Of a stretch of 64,000 nt of DNA, positions 47,552 to 58,312 are shown piece after piece. A model generated the notes under the pieces. The model worked only from the letters and a program-made list of their open reading frames with translations. It was not told the origin of the DNA and did not search any database. Source of the DNA: Candidatus Blautia merdigallinarum (GTDB lineage Bacteria > Bacillota > Clostridia > Lachnospirales > Lachnospiraceae). How positions within the stretch are numbered: position 1 is the first letter of the stretch; every line of letters starts with the position of its first letter. The stretch is from the NCBI GenBank assembly GCA_019119535.1, contig DWWV01000023.1, forward strand, positions 4,655 through 68,654, given 5' to 3'. A program made the translations under genes and the position numbers.

Positions 47552-48943
47552 ATGATTGACAGAGCTGTGCGTATGAATTGTCACACGAACCTGCTGGAGC
47601 TGGAGGAGCATATGTATCCTCTGGTGGATGTAGAAAAGCCTAATGTATTCCGGAACCTGTTTCCTTATACAGAGGTACCGAAGATTGCTTTTAACGACAG
47701 GATCGTACCTCATCATATGCCCGATGATATCTGGATTACAGACACCACCTTCCGTGACGGACAGCAGTCCAGAGCCCCCTACAGTACAGAACAGATCGTA
47801 AAGATTTATGAATATCTCCATAGACTGGGAGGACCTAACGGAAAGATCCGTCAAAGCGAATTTTTCCTCTACAGCAAAAAAGACCGGGATGCAGTATATA
47901 AATGTCTGGAAAAAGGCTATAAATTTCCCGAGGTTACAAGCTGGATAAGAGCAAGCAAAAAGGATTTTGAACTGGTAAAAGATATTGGTCTGAAAGAAAC
48001 GGGAATCCTGGTCAGCTGTTCTGACTATCATATTTTCTATAAAATGAAGATGACCCGCCGCCAGGCTATGGAACATTACCTCAGCGTAATCCGCGACTGC
48101 CTGGAAATCGGCATCAGTCCCAGATGCCATCTGGAGGATATTACCAGGGCAGATATCTATGGTTATGTAATTCCTTTCTGTCTGGAACTGACAAAGCTGA
48201 TGGAGGAATATTCCATTCCCATTAAGGTCCGGTGCTGCGATACCATGGGGTATGGGGTAAATTATCCCGGCGCTGTGATCCCCAGATCTGTTCCAGGAAT
48301 CATCTACGGTATCATGACCCATGCCGGATTTCCTTCTGAACTTATTGAGTTCCACGGCCATAACGATTTTTATAAAGCGGTAAGCAATTCTACAACAGCC
48401 TGGCTCTATGGAGCCAGTGGTGTAAACTGTTCTCTTTTCGGTATTGGAGAGCGGACAGGGAATACACCTCTTGAGGCTATGGTATTCGAGTATGCCCAGC
48501 TGAAGGGCTCTCTGGATGGAATGGACACCACAGTCATCACAGAACTGGCTGAATACTATGAAAAAGAGATTGGTTATAAGATTCCGCCCCAGACTCCTTT
48601 TGTGGGAACTGCCTTTAATGTTACAAGAGCCGGAATTCATGCAGACGGACTGTTGAAAAATGAAGAGATTTATAATATATTTGATACAGAGAAATTCCTG
48701 AACCGTCCGCCTCAGGTGGCAGTCTCCAATACTTCCGGCCTGGCAGGGATTGCCCACTGGATCAACAATCATTTCCGCCTGTCCGGCGAGAAGCAGATTG
48801 ACAAGAACAGTGAGCTGGCAGTCATGGTCAAAGCCTGGGTGGACAAGCAGTACGAAGAAGGCCGTGTAACGGTACTGACTGATGATGAGCTTTTAGCCGT
48901 AATTGATGAGTGCTGCAGCCGTTTGGGAGTGAAACTGGAATAA
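47552..48943 (+). CDS. DRE-TIM acyltransferase, probable Re-citrate synthase (often auto-annotated 2-isopropylmalate synthase)
   Basis: ITDTTFRDGQQ, CHLEDITRAD, EFHGHND, GIGERTGN, TRAGIHADG; no LeuA regulatory domain; upstream of icd. Confidence 0.8.
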   Translation: MIDRAVRMNCHTNLLELEEHMYPLVDVEKPNVFRNLFPYTEVPKIAFNDRIVPHHMPDDIWITDTTFRDGQQSRAPYSTEQIVKIYEYLHRLGGPNGKIRQSEFFLYSKKDRDAVYKCLEKGYKFPEVTSWIRASKKDFELVKDIGLKETGILVSCSDYHIFYKMKMTRRQAMEHYLSVIRDCLEIGISPRCHLEDITRADIYGYVIPFCLELTKLMEEYSIPIKVRCCDTMGYGVNYPGAVIPRSVPGIIYGIMTHAGFPSELIEFHGHNDFYKAVSNSTTAWLYGASGVNCSLFGIGERTGNTPLEAMVFEYAQLKGSLDGMDTTVITELAEYYEKEIGYKIPPQTPFVGTAFNVTRAGIHADGLLKNEEIYNIFDTEKFLNRPPQVAVSNTSGLAGIAHWINNHFRLSGEKQIDKNSELAVMVKAWVDKQYEEGRVTVLTDDELLAVIDECCSRLGVKLE

Positions 48944-48958
48944 GGACGGCGAAAGAAG

Positions 48959-49624
48959 ATGGCAGGAGAGTCATTGAGAGAAAAAGTTTTTCAGAAACTC
49001 AGGGAAGACATTCTGAAAGGAAAATATAAAAAAGGCGATGAGCTGGTAGAGTGCACTATTGGAAAGGAACTGGGGGTGAGCAGGACTCCTGTAAGAGAGG
49101 CTGTACGGCAGCTGGCCCTGGAAGGACTGGTACAGATCATTCCTAATAAAGGTGCCTTTGTCACCGGCATTTCCTCCCAGGATGTTATGGACATGTATCA
49201 GATAAGAGCCCGGCTGGAAGGTCTGTGCGCTTCTATGGCAGCCGGGAGGGCCACAAAAGAACAGCTGGAAGGTATGGAAGAGGCTATTGTCCTTTCCGAT
49301 TACCATGCAGGAAAGGGCAACTATGAACAGGTCTGCCAGCAGGATGGCAGATTCCACGAACTTTTGTATGAGGCTTCTGGAAGCAGGATCCTTACCCATA
49401 CCCTGGGAGATTTTCACCAGTATCTGCAGAGAGTCCGTAAGGCCTCGGTGCAGTACAGAATGAGAGTGCGGCCTTCTAACAGCGAGCACAGAGAAATCCT
49501 GGAGGCTATCCGGCAGGGGAACAGCCAGGAGGCGGAAAAAGCTGCCTACGGACATATTGCCAATACCATAGAAAATCTGAAGAACTTTGACATTGAGAAG
49601 GTTCTTCGGGAAGAAATGAAGTAA
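48959..49624 (+). CDS. GntR/FadR-family regulator (FCD domain)
   Basis: [31 protein letters not shown]. Confidence 0.92.
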   Translation: MAGESLREKVFQKLREDILKGKYKKGDELVECTIGKELGVSRTPVREAVRQLALEGLVQIIPNKGAFVTGISSQDVMDMYQIRARLEGLCASMAAGRATKEQLEGMEEAIVLSDYHAGKGNYEQVCQQDGRFHELLYEASGSRILTHTLGDFHQYLQRVRKASVQYRMRVRPSNSEHREILEAIRQGNSQEAEKAAYGHIANTIENLKNFDIEKVLREEMK

Positions 49625-49653
49625 AGAAAGATGGGAGAAAGGAGATTTTACCT

Positions 49654-50856
49654 ATGGAAAAAATTAAAATGACCACACCTCTAGTGGAGATGGATGGAGA
49701 TGAGATGACCAGAATCCTCTGGAAAATGATCAAAGATGAGCTGCTCCTTCCCTTTGTGGACCTGAAGACAGAATATTATGACCTGGGCCTGGAGCACAGG
49801 AATGAGACCAATGACCAGGTAACTATAGATGCGGCAAATGCTACAAAGAAATATAAGGTTGCTGTAAAATGTGCCACTATTACCCCCAATGCCGCACGTA
49901 TGGATGAATATCATTTAAAAGAGATGTATAAAAGTCCAAACGGAACCATCCGTTCTATGCTGGATGGTACGGTTTTCCGGGCACCTATTGTGGTAAAAGG
50001 CATTGAGCCCTGTGTGAAGAACTGGAAGAAGCCGATCACCCTTGCCAGACATGCATACGGTGATGTATATAAAAATACAGAAATGATCATACCAGGACCA
50101 GGAAAGGTAGAATTGGTATATACAGACCAGGAAGGAAAAGAGACCAGAGAACTGGTCCATGAATTTCAGGGGCCGGGAGTGGCTCAGGGAATGCATAACC
50201 TGGACTCTTCCATTGAAAGCTTTGCAAGAAGCTGTTTCTCCTATGCCCTGGATACAAAGCAGGATTTGTGGTTTGCCACCAAGGATACGATTTCCAAGAA
50301 GTACGACCACACCTTTAAAGATATCTTCCAGGAAATTTATGACAAAGAGTACAAAGAGAAGTTTGAGGCTGCAGGTATCACCTATTTCTATACACTGATC
50401 GACGACGCAGTAGCCAGAGTCATGAAAGCAGAAGGCGGCTTTATCTGGGCCTGCAAGAACTATGACGGCGATGTGATGAGCGACATGGTATCCTCCGCCT
50501 TTGGTTCTCTTGCCATGATGACCTCTGTACTGGTGTCTCCTCATGGATATTTTGAGTATGAGGCAGCTCATGGAACAGTTCAGCGCCACTACTACAAACA
50601 CCTGAAAGGAGAAGAAACTTCCACCAACTCTGTGGCCACCATTTTTGCCTGGTCAGGAGCTCTGAGAAAGAGAGGGGAGATGGATGGAAATCAGGATCTT
50701 TGTGATTTCGCTGACAAGCTGGAGAAGGCTACCGTAGGTGTCATTGAGAGCGGAAAGATGACAAAAGATCTTGCCTTGATCACCAGTCTGGAGAACCCTG
50801 TAGTATTAAACAGCCAGGAATTTATCCAGGAGATCCGCAAAGAACTGGAAAAGTAG
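49654..50856 (+). CDS. icd: NADP-dependent isocitrate dehydrogenase
   Basis: [50 protein letters not shown]. Confidence 0.96.
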   Translation: MEKIKMTTPLVEMDGDEMTRILWKMIKDELLLPFVDLKTEYYDLGLEHRNETNDQVTIDAANATKKYKVAVKCATITPNAARMDEYHLKEMYKSPNGTIRSMLDGTVFRAPIVVKGIEPCVKNWKKPITLARHAYGDVYKNTEMIIPGPGKVELVYTDQEGKETRELVHEFQGPGVAQGMHNLDSSIESFARSCFSYALDTKQDLWFATKDTISKKYDHTFKDIFQEIYDKEYKEKFEAAGITYFYTLIDDAVARVMKAEGGFIWACKNYDGDVMSDMVSSAFGSLAMMTSVLVSPHGYFEYEAAHGTVQRHYYKHLKGEETSTNSVATIFAWSGALRKRGEMDGNQDLCDFADKLEKATVGVIESGKMTKDLALITSLENPVVLNSQEFIQEIRKELEK

Positions 50857-50886
50857 AAATAGAAATTTCAGGAATCTCTGAAAGAT

Positions 50887-50933
50887 AAAAAAATGGGAGA
50901 AACCTGCCTATTGGGCAAGTTCCTCCCATTTTT
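50887..50933. terminator. Bidirectional terminator between icd and ABC-F
   Basis: AAAAAAATGGGAG..CTGCC-TATT-GGGCA..CTCCCATTTTT; the ABC-F stop lies in the loop. Confidence 0.75.
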
Positions 50934-52818
50934 CATAAAGCTCCTCCAGTTTTTCAGCAATTTCCGCCTTCTCTGCGGAAAGAGGAATACACTTAGAGGG
51001 GTCTGTGGCTACTTCAGGCTTTGCAAGCTCTTCATCGATTTCTTTGTCCCGGGTTTCCAGGTCTTCAATAGCCTTTTCCGTTTTCTTAAGCTCATTTTCA
51101 CGCTTTCGTATACGGGCCTGCTCCTCTTTTTTCTGCTGCCAGTCCTGCTTGGTAGAAGATACCTTTTCAAGAGGCTTCTCTTCCTGAAGCTGAGGGGCGT
51201 AGACCGAAGTCAGCTCTTCTTTTTTCTCCAGATAATAATCGTAATTTCCGATATAATTTACCAGCTTCTGGTTGGTCAGCTCCAGGATTCTTGTGGCTGT
51301 CCGGTTAATAAAATAACGGTCGTGGGACACATAGAGGACGGTTCCTTCATAGCTTTTTAAAGCGTCCTCCAGGATCTCCTTGGAGATGATATCCAGATGG
51401 TTGGTAGGCTCGTCCAGGATCAGGAAGTTGGCCTCTGACAGCATAAGCTTTGCCAGAGAGACTCGTCCCCGTTCCCCGCCGCTTAAAGCAGAGATAGGCT
51501 TGAATACATCGTCCCCTGTGAAAAGAAAAGCGGCCAGAAGATTCCGGATCTCCGTATTGGTCAGCTTTGGATACTCATCGGAGATTTCTTCAAATACCGT
51601 CTTTTCCATATGAAGTACATGGTGCTCCTGGTCATAGTAGCCGATATGTACTTTGCTGCCCAGACGGAAGCTGCCCTCATCGGCAGGAAGAAGGCGGTTT
51701 AAAATCTTTAGAATGGTAGTCTTTCCAGTACCATTATTTCCGATAATAGCCACTTTTTCCCCTCGTTTAATGGTAAAGTTCAGGTCTTGAAACAGTGGGA
51801 GAGAGGGGAAGGATTTGGAAAGATGCTCCACCATCAGCACATCATTTCCGCTGGTGATCCTGGGCTTTAAGGAAATCCGCATAGCTGCGTCTGCCTCTGT
51901 AGGTTTTTCCAGAACATCCATTTTTTCCAGCATTTTTTCCCGGCTTTCCGCTCTGCGGATAGATTTTTCCCGGTTGAACTGCCGAAGCTTGGCGATGACC
52001 TCCTCCTGGTGTTTGATCTCCTGCTGCTGATTTAAATAGGCCTGATAGGCGGCCTTCCGGAGCTGTGCTTTCTTTTCACTGTATGCAGAATAATTTCCGG
52101 TAAAAACCGTAGACTTTGTATTATCCAGCTCAATAATCTTAGTGACTACCTTATCCAGGAAGTACCGGTCATGGGATACAATGAACACAGCTCCCGGATA
52201 ATTCAGCAGATAAGTTTCCAGCCAGGCAATGGATTCCATGTCCAGATGGTTGGTAGGCTCATCCAGAAGGATGATATCCGGACTGGAGAGAAGAAGACGG
52301 CCCAGAGCTACCCGGGTTTTCTGACCTCCGGACAAAGTGGAGACCATTTTATCAAAGTCCTTCTCTTCAAAGCCAAGACCTTTCAGAACCCCTGTGATCT
52401 CACTTTTGTATGCATAGCCGTTTTCCTGTTCAAATTTCTGGGTAAGGCGGGAATAGGATTCCATGATCTTGGAAAGTTCTTCCCCGGAGGCATGCTTCAT
52501 CTCCTGTTCCAGGGACCGCATGGTCTGTTCCATGTCCAGGATATGCTGCTTCATTTCCAGCAGTGAACCGTAGATGGAAAGATTGGTGTCAATTTCCTGA
52601 TGCTGGGCCAGATAGCCGATGGTTTTTCCCTTGGACAGGATTACCTGCCCGCTGTCAGCGGGCAGCTCACCCATAATGATCCTGAGCAGAGTAGTCTTGC
52701 CCGCACCGTTGATACCGATGAGTGCCGCTTTTTCCCGCTCCTCTATGTGAAAGTTTACGTCCTGCAGCAGAAGTTCGCCGTCAAAGGATTTTTCAATATT
52801 CTGACATGCAAGTATCAT
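50908..52818 (-). CDS. ABC-F family ATP-binding protein
   Basis: Two ATPase domains (GINGAGKTT, GNNGTGKTT, LSGGQK/LSGGER, LDEPTNHLD), C-terminal coiled coil, no TM. Confidence 0.93.
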   Translation of the reverse strand: MILACQNIEKSFDGELLLQDVNFHIEEREKAALIGINGAGKTTLLRIIMGELPADSGQVILSKGKTIGYLAQHQEIDTNLSIYGSLLEMKQHILDMEQTMRSLEQEMKHASGEELSKIMESYSRLTQKFEQENGYAYKSEITGVLKGLGFEEKDFDKMVSTLSGGQKTRVALGRLLLSSPDIILLDEPTNHLDMESIAWLETYLLNYPGAVFIVSHDRYFLDKVVTKIIELDNTKSTVFTGNYSAYSEKKAQLRKAAYQAYLNQQQEIKHQEEVIAKLRQFNREKSIRRAESREKMLEKMDVLEKPTEADAAMRISLKPRITSGNDVLMVEHLSKSFPSLPLFQDLNFTIKRGEKVAIIGNNGTGKTTILKILNRLLPADEGSFRLGSKVHIGYYDQEHHVLHMEKTVFEEISDEYPKLTNTEIRNLLAAFLFTGDDVFKPISALSGGERGRVSLAKLMLSEANFLILDEPTNHLDIISKEILEDALKSYEGTVLYVSHDRYFINRTATRILELTNQKLVNYIGNYDYYLEKKEELTSVYAPQLQEEKPLEKVSSTKQDWQQKKEEQARIRKRENELKKTEKAIEDLETRDKEIDEELAKPEVATDPSKCIPLSAEKAEIAEKLEELYEKWEELAQ

Positions 52819-52909
52819 TTTGTTGTCTCCTTTAAGGTTTCTCATAAAAGTCTGTCCCTACTATTATAGCGGAAAATCCAAATTTGACAACAGATAAAAG
52901 GAATAATAA

Positions 52910-52938
52910 TTGACTTTATTTTAACGATTATATATAAT
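52910..52938 (+). promoter_or_regulatory. SigA promoter of rex
   Basis: TTGACT-17-TATAAT. Confidence 0.7.
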
Positions 52939-52974
52939 ATTACTTAGAAATTTGCTTATATAGGAGGGTTTGTC

Positions 52975-53625
52975 GTGGACGGTAAAGGAATATCAAAAGC
53001 AGTAATAAGAAGACTACCCCGCTATTACAGATATCTTGGAGAGCTTTTGGAGGAGGGTGTGGAGCGGATCTCTTCTAATGAGCTAAGTGAAAAAATGCGG
53101 GTAACCGCCTCTCAAATCCGCCAGGATCTGAACAATTTCGGTGGTTTCGGACAGCAGGGATATGGCTATAATGTCCCGTATCTGTATGCGGAAATCGGAA
53201 AAATACTGGGTCTGGACAAGACGCATCATATGATCATTATCGGTGCCGGAAATCTTGGACAGGCTCTGGCTAATTATGTGAAATTTGAAAAAAGAGGATT
53301 TAAAGTCGTAGGGATTTTTGATGTGAATCCGGTGCTGAAAGGAATTTCCATCCGGGGAAATGAAATCCGGATGATGGACGAGCTTCCAGAGTTCCTGAAA
53401 ACCCATGATGTGCAGATCGCAGCTCTGACCCTTCCAAAGAATAATGCGGCGGAAACAGCAGATCTGCTGGTGCAGCAGGGGATCAAGGCTATCTGGAACT
53501 TTGCACATCTGGATCTGGACGTACCAGAAGACGTAATTGTTGAGAATGTACACTTGTCGGAAAGTCTCATGCGTCTTTCCTATAATTTGAACCGCTATGT
53601 ATCAGAGCACAAAGAGAAAAAATAG
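52975..53625 (+). CDS. rex: Redox-sensing repressor Rex
   Basis: RRLPRYYRYL, SQIRQDLNNFGGFGQQGYGY, IGAGNLG, IWNFA. Confidence 0.96.
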   Translation: MDGKGISKAVIRRLPRYYRYLGELLEEGVERISSNELSEKMRVTASQIRQDLNNFGGFGQQGYGYNVPYLYAEIGKILGLDKTHHMIIIGAGNLGQALANYVKFEKRGFKVVGIFDVNPVLKGISIRGNEIRMMDELPEFLKTHDVQIAALTLPKNNAAETADLLVQQGIKAIWNFAHLDLDVPEDVIVENVHLSESLMRLSYNLNRYVSEHKEKK

Positions 53626-53633
53626 TGGAAAGG

Positions 53634-53666
53634 GCTGCTGTAAAAGAAATTTTGCGGCAGTTTTTC
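53634..53666 (+). terminator. Terminator after rex
   Basis: GCTGCTGTAAAA-GAAA-TTTTGCGGCAGT followed by TTTT. Confidence 0.6.
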
Positions 53667-53696
53667 TGTATAAACGGATAGAAAGGCGGTGACGAA

Positions 53697-55181
53697 ATGG
53701 AACTTCTGGTGACAGGAAGCCAGATGAAGGCTTTGGATAATTATACTATCCATGAAATGGGAGTTCCCTCCCTGGTCCTCATGGAACGGGCGGGACTTGC
53801 AGTATTTGAAGAGATGAAGCGGGAAAATCTTCCTCTTCAAAAGACTTTGGTTCTATGTGGAGGGGGAAATAACGGCGCGGACGGAGTAGTTATTGCCCGT
53901 CTGCTTTTTCTGGCAGGCTATCAGACGGATGTCTGTATTTTGGGAAATCCCGGTCATTTTACAGAAGAAATGAAAAAACAGATAGAAATTGGGAAAAAAT
54001 ATGGAATTTCCTTTGTCAATACTTTTTGTCTCAATGAATATACTACTATAGTAGATGCCATCATGGGCGTAGGACTGTCCAGGGAGGTATCAGGAAAATA
54101 TAAGGAAGCCGTCTGCCAGATCAATGAGTTTTCAGGTAAAGTGGTGTCAGTGGACATCCCCTCAGGAATCAGCGCAGATACCGGCGCCGTACTTGGCGCG
54201 GCGGTGAAGGCCGACCTGACAGTTACCTTCGGGTACAAAAAGGCAGGCCTCTGCTTTTATCCGGGAGCTGCATATACAGGGAAGCTTGTTCTTGCAGATG
54301 TGGGAATTTACAGAGACAAAAAAACGGTTTTGAAGCCGGAGATTTTTGCATGTACCGGAGAGGATCTGAAAATTCTGAGAAGAAAGCCGGAAGGCAACAA
54401 AGGAACTTTCGGAAAGATTTTTCTGGTGGCCGGAAGCAGGGAAATTTTTGGGGCCGCCTATTTAAGCGGATACGCTGCTATGAAAACCGGAGCGGGGATG
54501 ATCAAGATCTGTACGGCCAGGGAAAACCGGGAAATGTTTTCCAATTTTCCGGAAGCAATGCTTCAAGTATACGATGAAAATACGGATATAGAGACCATGA
54601 TAAAAGAAGGGATGGATTGGGCGGATGTATACGGAATAGGACCGGGAATCGGCACAGGTCCTCTTGCAGAGAGAATCCTGGAGCTCCTCCTTTCTGGAGG
54701 GACCAAACCTTTGGTCATTGATGCAGACGGCATAAATCTTCTGAAAGGAAAAGAAGGACTTTTGAAAAATCACCCCGGAGGGACCGTCCTTACGCCCCAC
54801 CTGGGGGAGTTTTCCAGACTTACGGGAATTTCCCCGGCCAGGTGGAAGGAAGATCCTGTGGAGATCACAGGCAGATGGGCCCGAGAGCTGAATACAGTGC
54901 TCATATGCAAGGACTCCAGAACCGTGATCGCCCAAAATGAGGAGCAGGTCATGATCAATCTTACAGGAAATGACGGCATGGCTACTGCAGGCAGCGGGGA
55001 TGTGCTTACCGGGATCCTTCTGGGAGTACTGGCTCAGGGCATACCTGTTTTAACAGGCGCATGTTTAGCTGCATATCTTCATGGAGCGGCGGGGGACCTG
55101 GCAGCAGAAAAGAAGGGGCGTGCCGGCATGCTGGCAAAAGATATCGCTCAGGCTGCGGCTGCTGTTTTAGATAAACTTTAA
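53697..55181 (+). CDS. nnr: Bifunctional NAD(P)HX epimerase/dehydratase
   Basis: LMERAG, CGGGNNGADG, VDIPSG, KGTFG, VIDADG, TPHLGEF, ATAGSGDVLTG. Confidence 0.92.
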   Translation: MELLVTGSQMKALDNYTIHEMGVPSLVLMERAGLAVFEEMKRENLPLQKTLVLCGGGNNGADGVVIARLLFLAGYQTDVCILGNPGHFTEEMKKQIEIGKKYGISFVNTFCLNEYTTIVDAIMGVGLSREVSGKYKEAVCQINEFSGKVVSVDIPSGISADTGAVLGAAVKADLTVTFGYKKAGLCFYPGAAYTGKLVLADVGIYRDKKTVLKPEIFACTGEDLKILRRKPEGNKGTFGKIFLVAGSREIFGAAYLSGYAAMKTGAGMIKICTARENREMFSNFPEAMLQVYDENTDIETMIKEGMDWADVYGIGPGIGTGPLAERILELLLSGGTKPLVIDADGINLLKGKEGLLKNHPGGTVLTPHLGEFSRLTGISPARWKEDPVEITGRWARELNTVLICKDSRTVIAQNEEQVMINLTGNDGMATAGSGDVLTGILLGVLAQGIPVLTGACLAAYLHGAAGDLAAEKKGRAGMLAKDIAQAAAAVLDKL

Positions 55182-55196
55182 AGAGAGGATAAACAG

Positions 55197-56345
55197 ATGG
55201 AACTACCAAGCAGAATCCAGGCGGACATTGATCTGGATGCATTTGCTTTTAACTTGGAAAGCATAAAAAAGAATCTGAAGGAAGATACGAAAATCATTGC
55301 TGTGCTGAAGGCAGACGGATATGGACATGGGGCGCTGCCCCTGGCCAGGGAAGCGGCAAAAGATCCCAGAGTCTGGGGGATTGCTGTGGCCACAGTAGAG
55401 GAAGCAGAGGAGCTGCGCCTTGGAGGGATCCAGAAGCCTCTGCTGATCCTGGGGTATACTTATGAAGAAAATTATGAACGGATCGTCAGGGGAGACTTCC
55501 GGCCTGCAGTGTTTAAGCTTTCTATGGCGAAGAAGCTTTCCCAGGCGGCTGTAAAAAACAACACTGTGGTAAAAGTGCATATTAAAATCGACACAGGAAT
55601 GAGCCGCATCGGCTATCGCGATCTGGAAACAGCTGTGCCTGAAATCCTGGAAATTTCCAGACTTCCGGGAGTAAAGATCGAGGGACTGTTTACCCATTTT
55701 GCAAGGGCTGATGAGGAAAAAACAGAGCCTGCTTACAGGCAGCTTGAAAAGTTTCAGGAATTTCAGAAGGCTTTGGAGGCCAGAGGACTGGAGATTCCCC
55801 TGTGTCACTGTTCCAACAGTGCCGGGATCATCCGTATGCCTGAGGCGAATCTGAATGCAGTGCGGGCCGGCGTGATCCTTTACGGGCTTTATCCTTCAGA
55901 GGAGGTAGAGAGAGAACCGGTTCCCCTGAAACCTTTAATGGAGTTAAAGAGTCATATTGCGTACATAAAAACAGTGGAGGCCGGAGTACAGATCAGCTAC
56001 GGAGGCACCTTCACCACCCAGAGAGAGACCCGGGTAGCCACTATCCCTGTGGGCTATGCAGACGGTTATGCCAGGGGACTTTCTAATAAAGGCAGTGTTC
56101 TGATCCATGGAAAAAGAGCGCCTATCCTGGGAAGAGTCTGTATGGATCAGTTTATGGCAGATGTAACAGATATCCCCCAGGCCAGAGAGCTGGATGAGGT
56201 CGTGCTTCTTGGAAAAAGCGGGGATGAACGGATCACCATGGAAGAACTGGGAGAGTTATCTGGAAGATTTAATTATGAATTCGCCTGCTGCATCAGTAAA
56301 AGGGTACCCAGGATCTACTTTAAAGGCGGGCAGGTGACAGAATAG
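55197..56345 (+). CDS. alr: Alanine racemase
   Basis: AVLKADGYGHG, KIDTGMSRIG, NSAG, ISYG, GYADG, GRVCMDQ. Confidence 0.96.
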   Translation: MELPSRIQADIDLDAFAFNLESIKKNLKEDTKIIAVLKADGYGHGALPLAREAAKDPRVWGIAVATVEEAEELRLGGIQKPLLILGYTYEENYERIVRGDFRPAVFKLSMAKKLSQAAVKNNTVVKVHIKIDTGMSRIGYRDLETAVPEILEISRLPGVKIEGLFTHFARADEEKTEPAYRQLEKFQEFQKALEARGLEIPLCHCSNSAGIIRMPEANLNAVRAGVILYGLYPSEEVEREPVPLKPLMELKSHIAYIKTVEAGVQISYGGTFTTQRETRVATIPVGYADGYARGLSNKGSVLIHGKRAPILGRVCMDQFMADVTDIPQARELDEVVLLGKSGDERITMEELGELSGRFNYEFACCISKRVPRIYFKGGQVTE

Positions 56346-56454
56346 AAATACCTTGGATAATACATGAATACACACAAAAAAACTGGGCAGAATCATAGCA
56401 AAAAGGAGAAAGCCGCTGCTGCTTTCCCCTATTAAAAATCGGAGTGTGAAATCT

Positions 56455-56802
56455 GTGGTTATCAAACGAGGTGACATTTTTTATGCGGACCTGCGCCCGG
56501 TAGTGGGCAGTGAGCAGGGCGGTATCCGGCCGGTTCTGATCATTCAGAACGACGTGGGAAACAAACACAGTCCCACAGTGATCTGTGCGGCCATTACTTC
56601 CAGGATGAATAAAGCCAAGCTGCCTACGCATATAGAGATCGATGCGTCTTCTTATGCGATCGTGAAAGACTCGGTAATTCTCCTTGAGCAGCTTCGGACT
56701 ATTGACAAAAGGAGACTGAAGGATAAGGTATGCCATTTGGATGCGGAAATACTCCAGAAGGTTAATCACGCCCTCTGTATCAGCCTTGAGCTTCCTACAT
56801 AG
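56455..56802 (+). CDS. mazF: MazF/PemK-family endoribonuclease (NdoA/EndoA-like)
   Basis: [53 protein letters not shown] 56455 follows GGAGTG. Confidence 0.92.
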   Translation: MVIKRGDIFYADLRPVVGSEQGGIRPVLIIQNDVGNKHSPTVICAAITSRMNKAKLPTHIEIDASSYAIVKDSVILLEQLRTIDKRRLKDKVCHLDAEILQKVNHALCISLELPT

Positions 56803-56825
56803 CCTGACCCTGGCGGGCTCTTTTT
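56801..56825 (+). terminator. Terminator after mazF
   Basis: AGCCTG-ACCCTGG-CGGGCT followed by CTTTTT. Confidence 0.6.
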
Positions 56826-56917
56826 GGCGGGAAATCTTGACGAATGTAAGAGAAAATGGTATCTTAATTGAAGATGTGCGTAAAAACAGAGGAAGAAAGA
56901 AGGAATAGAAAAGATTT

Positions 56918-58312
56918 ATGGACGACAGCAGCGGCCCTTTATGGGCTCTCATATTTTTTGTCTTGTTTATTATCATTAACGGAGTTTTATATGGATTCGG
57001 CTCTGCAGTGCAGAAAGTCAGTGAAAGTGAGATCGAGAAGAAGGCCAAAGAAGAAGGCGATAAAAAGTCTGCCTGGCTCCTGAAAGCTATGAATCATCCG
57101 GTCCCTATCGTGAATACAATCCTGACTACGGCTACTCTTTTAAGTATCCTTACCGGATACATAGGGATCAGAGGCATCAGTCCATATGTATATGAAGGCT
57201 GTCTTCAGGCAGTCAGATTTATAGGAATAGAGATCCCCTCTCAGGTGGTCATGACAGTTTCCATTATCTTAGTGGTTGTTTTTGCATTGATCCTCCTGGT
57301 ATCTTTAGGAGTGGTTTCCGCAAAAAAGATATTCAGCAGCAATCCGGAGAGTTGGGTGTACCGGACAGCGGGGATCGTTCGTTTTTTTGCAGGGCTGTTC
57401 AGACCGCTGACCTTTATTATTCTGAAACTTTCCAACGGTGTGGTCCGTCTTTTTGGCGTGGATCCCCACCAGCATGAAGACCAGGTGACAGAGGAAGAAA
57501 TCATTTCCATGGTAGATGATGCTCATGAAAAGGGCGTTATAGAAGAAAACGAAGCGGAAATGATACAGAACATTATGGAGTTTTCCGAGACAGAGGCTCA
57601 GGATATCATGACGCACAGAAAGAATATCAATGCTATTGAGGAAAACACAGCTTTGCAGACTGCCCTGGAGTTTATGCTGGACAACAGCAATTCCAGATAT
57701 CCGGTGTACAGGGAAGACATTGATCATATTGTGGGAATCCTTCATCTGAAGGACGCTATGCGGCAGATGTCAGATCCGGAATGCAAGGAGCTGCCCATAA
57801 AGCGTATTCCAAATTTAGTGCGGGAAGCTTCCTATATTCCCGAAACCAGAAACATAAACGAACTTTTCAAAGCCATGCAGGCAAAGAAGATACATATGAC
57901 CATAGTAGTGGATGAGTATGGACAGACTTCCGGACTGGTCACTATGGAAGATATACTGGAAGAGATCGTAGGAAATATTTTGGATGAGTACGATGAAGAA
58001 GAACAGTTTATTCATGTGCAGACAGACGACTCTCTGATCATGGAAGGATTTACCCCTTTAGAGCAGGTAGATGAAGTGCTGGGATCGGATTTTGATGAAA
58101 CAGAGGAATTCGATACTTTGAACGGATATCTGACCTCTATGCTGGGACATGTGCCGAATATGGCAGAGGACAAGGAGATCAGGACAAAAGGTTATTTATT
58201 TACCATTCTTGCAGTGGAGAATAATACAATACAAAAAGTCAGGGTAGAGAAGCTGCCCGAAGAAGAAAAAGGAGAAGAAACATGTCAGGACATTCAAAAT
58301 TCGCAAACATAA
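56918..58312 (+). CDS. Hemolysin-family CNNM/CBS/CorC-HlyC membrane protein
   Basis: TM CNNM domain, [40 protein letters not shown]. Confidence 0.9.
   Translation: MDDSSGPLWALIFFVLFIIINGVLYGFGSAVQKVSESEIEKKAKEEGDKKSAWLLKAMNHPVPIVNTILTTATLLSILTGYIGIRGISPYVYEGCLQAVRFIGIEIPSQVVMTVSIILVVVFALILLVSLGVVSAKKIFSSNPESWVYRTAGIVRFFAGLFRPLTFIILKLSNGVVRLFGVDPHQHEDQVTEEEIISMVDDAHEKGVIEENEAEMIQNIMEFSETEAQDIMTHRKNINAIEENTALQTALEFMLDNSNSRYPVYREDIDHIVGILHLKDAMRQMSDPECKELPIKRIPNLVREASYIPETRNINELFKAMQAKKIHMTIVVDEYGQTSGLVTMEDILEEIVGNILDEYDEEEQFIHVQTDDSLIMEGFTPLEQVDEVLGSDFDETEEFDTLNGYLTSMLGHVPNMAEDKEIRTKGYLFTILAVENNTIQKVRVEKLPEEEKGEETCQDIQNSQT

Noticed and set aside
47519-48772. 417-aa minus-strand ORF
   Set aside because: Antisense shadow of the well-supported Re-citrate synthase; no recognisable motifs.
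52910-52927. Rex operator upstream of rex
   Set aside because: Only the right half (TTAACGA) resembles the consensus.
56364-56435. 23-codon [12 protein letters not shown]... between alr and mazF
   Set aside because: Too short for NdoAI and no clear Shine-Dalgarno.
56320-57048. 242-aa minus-strand ORF across mazF
   Set aside because: No RBS or motifs, spans a terminator; not a credible antitoxin.
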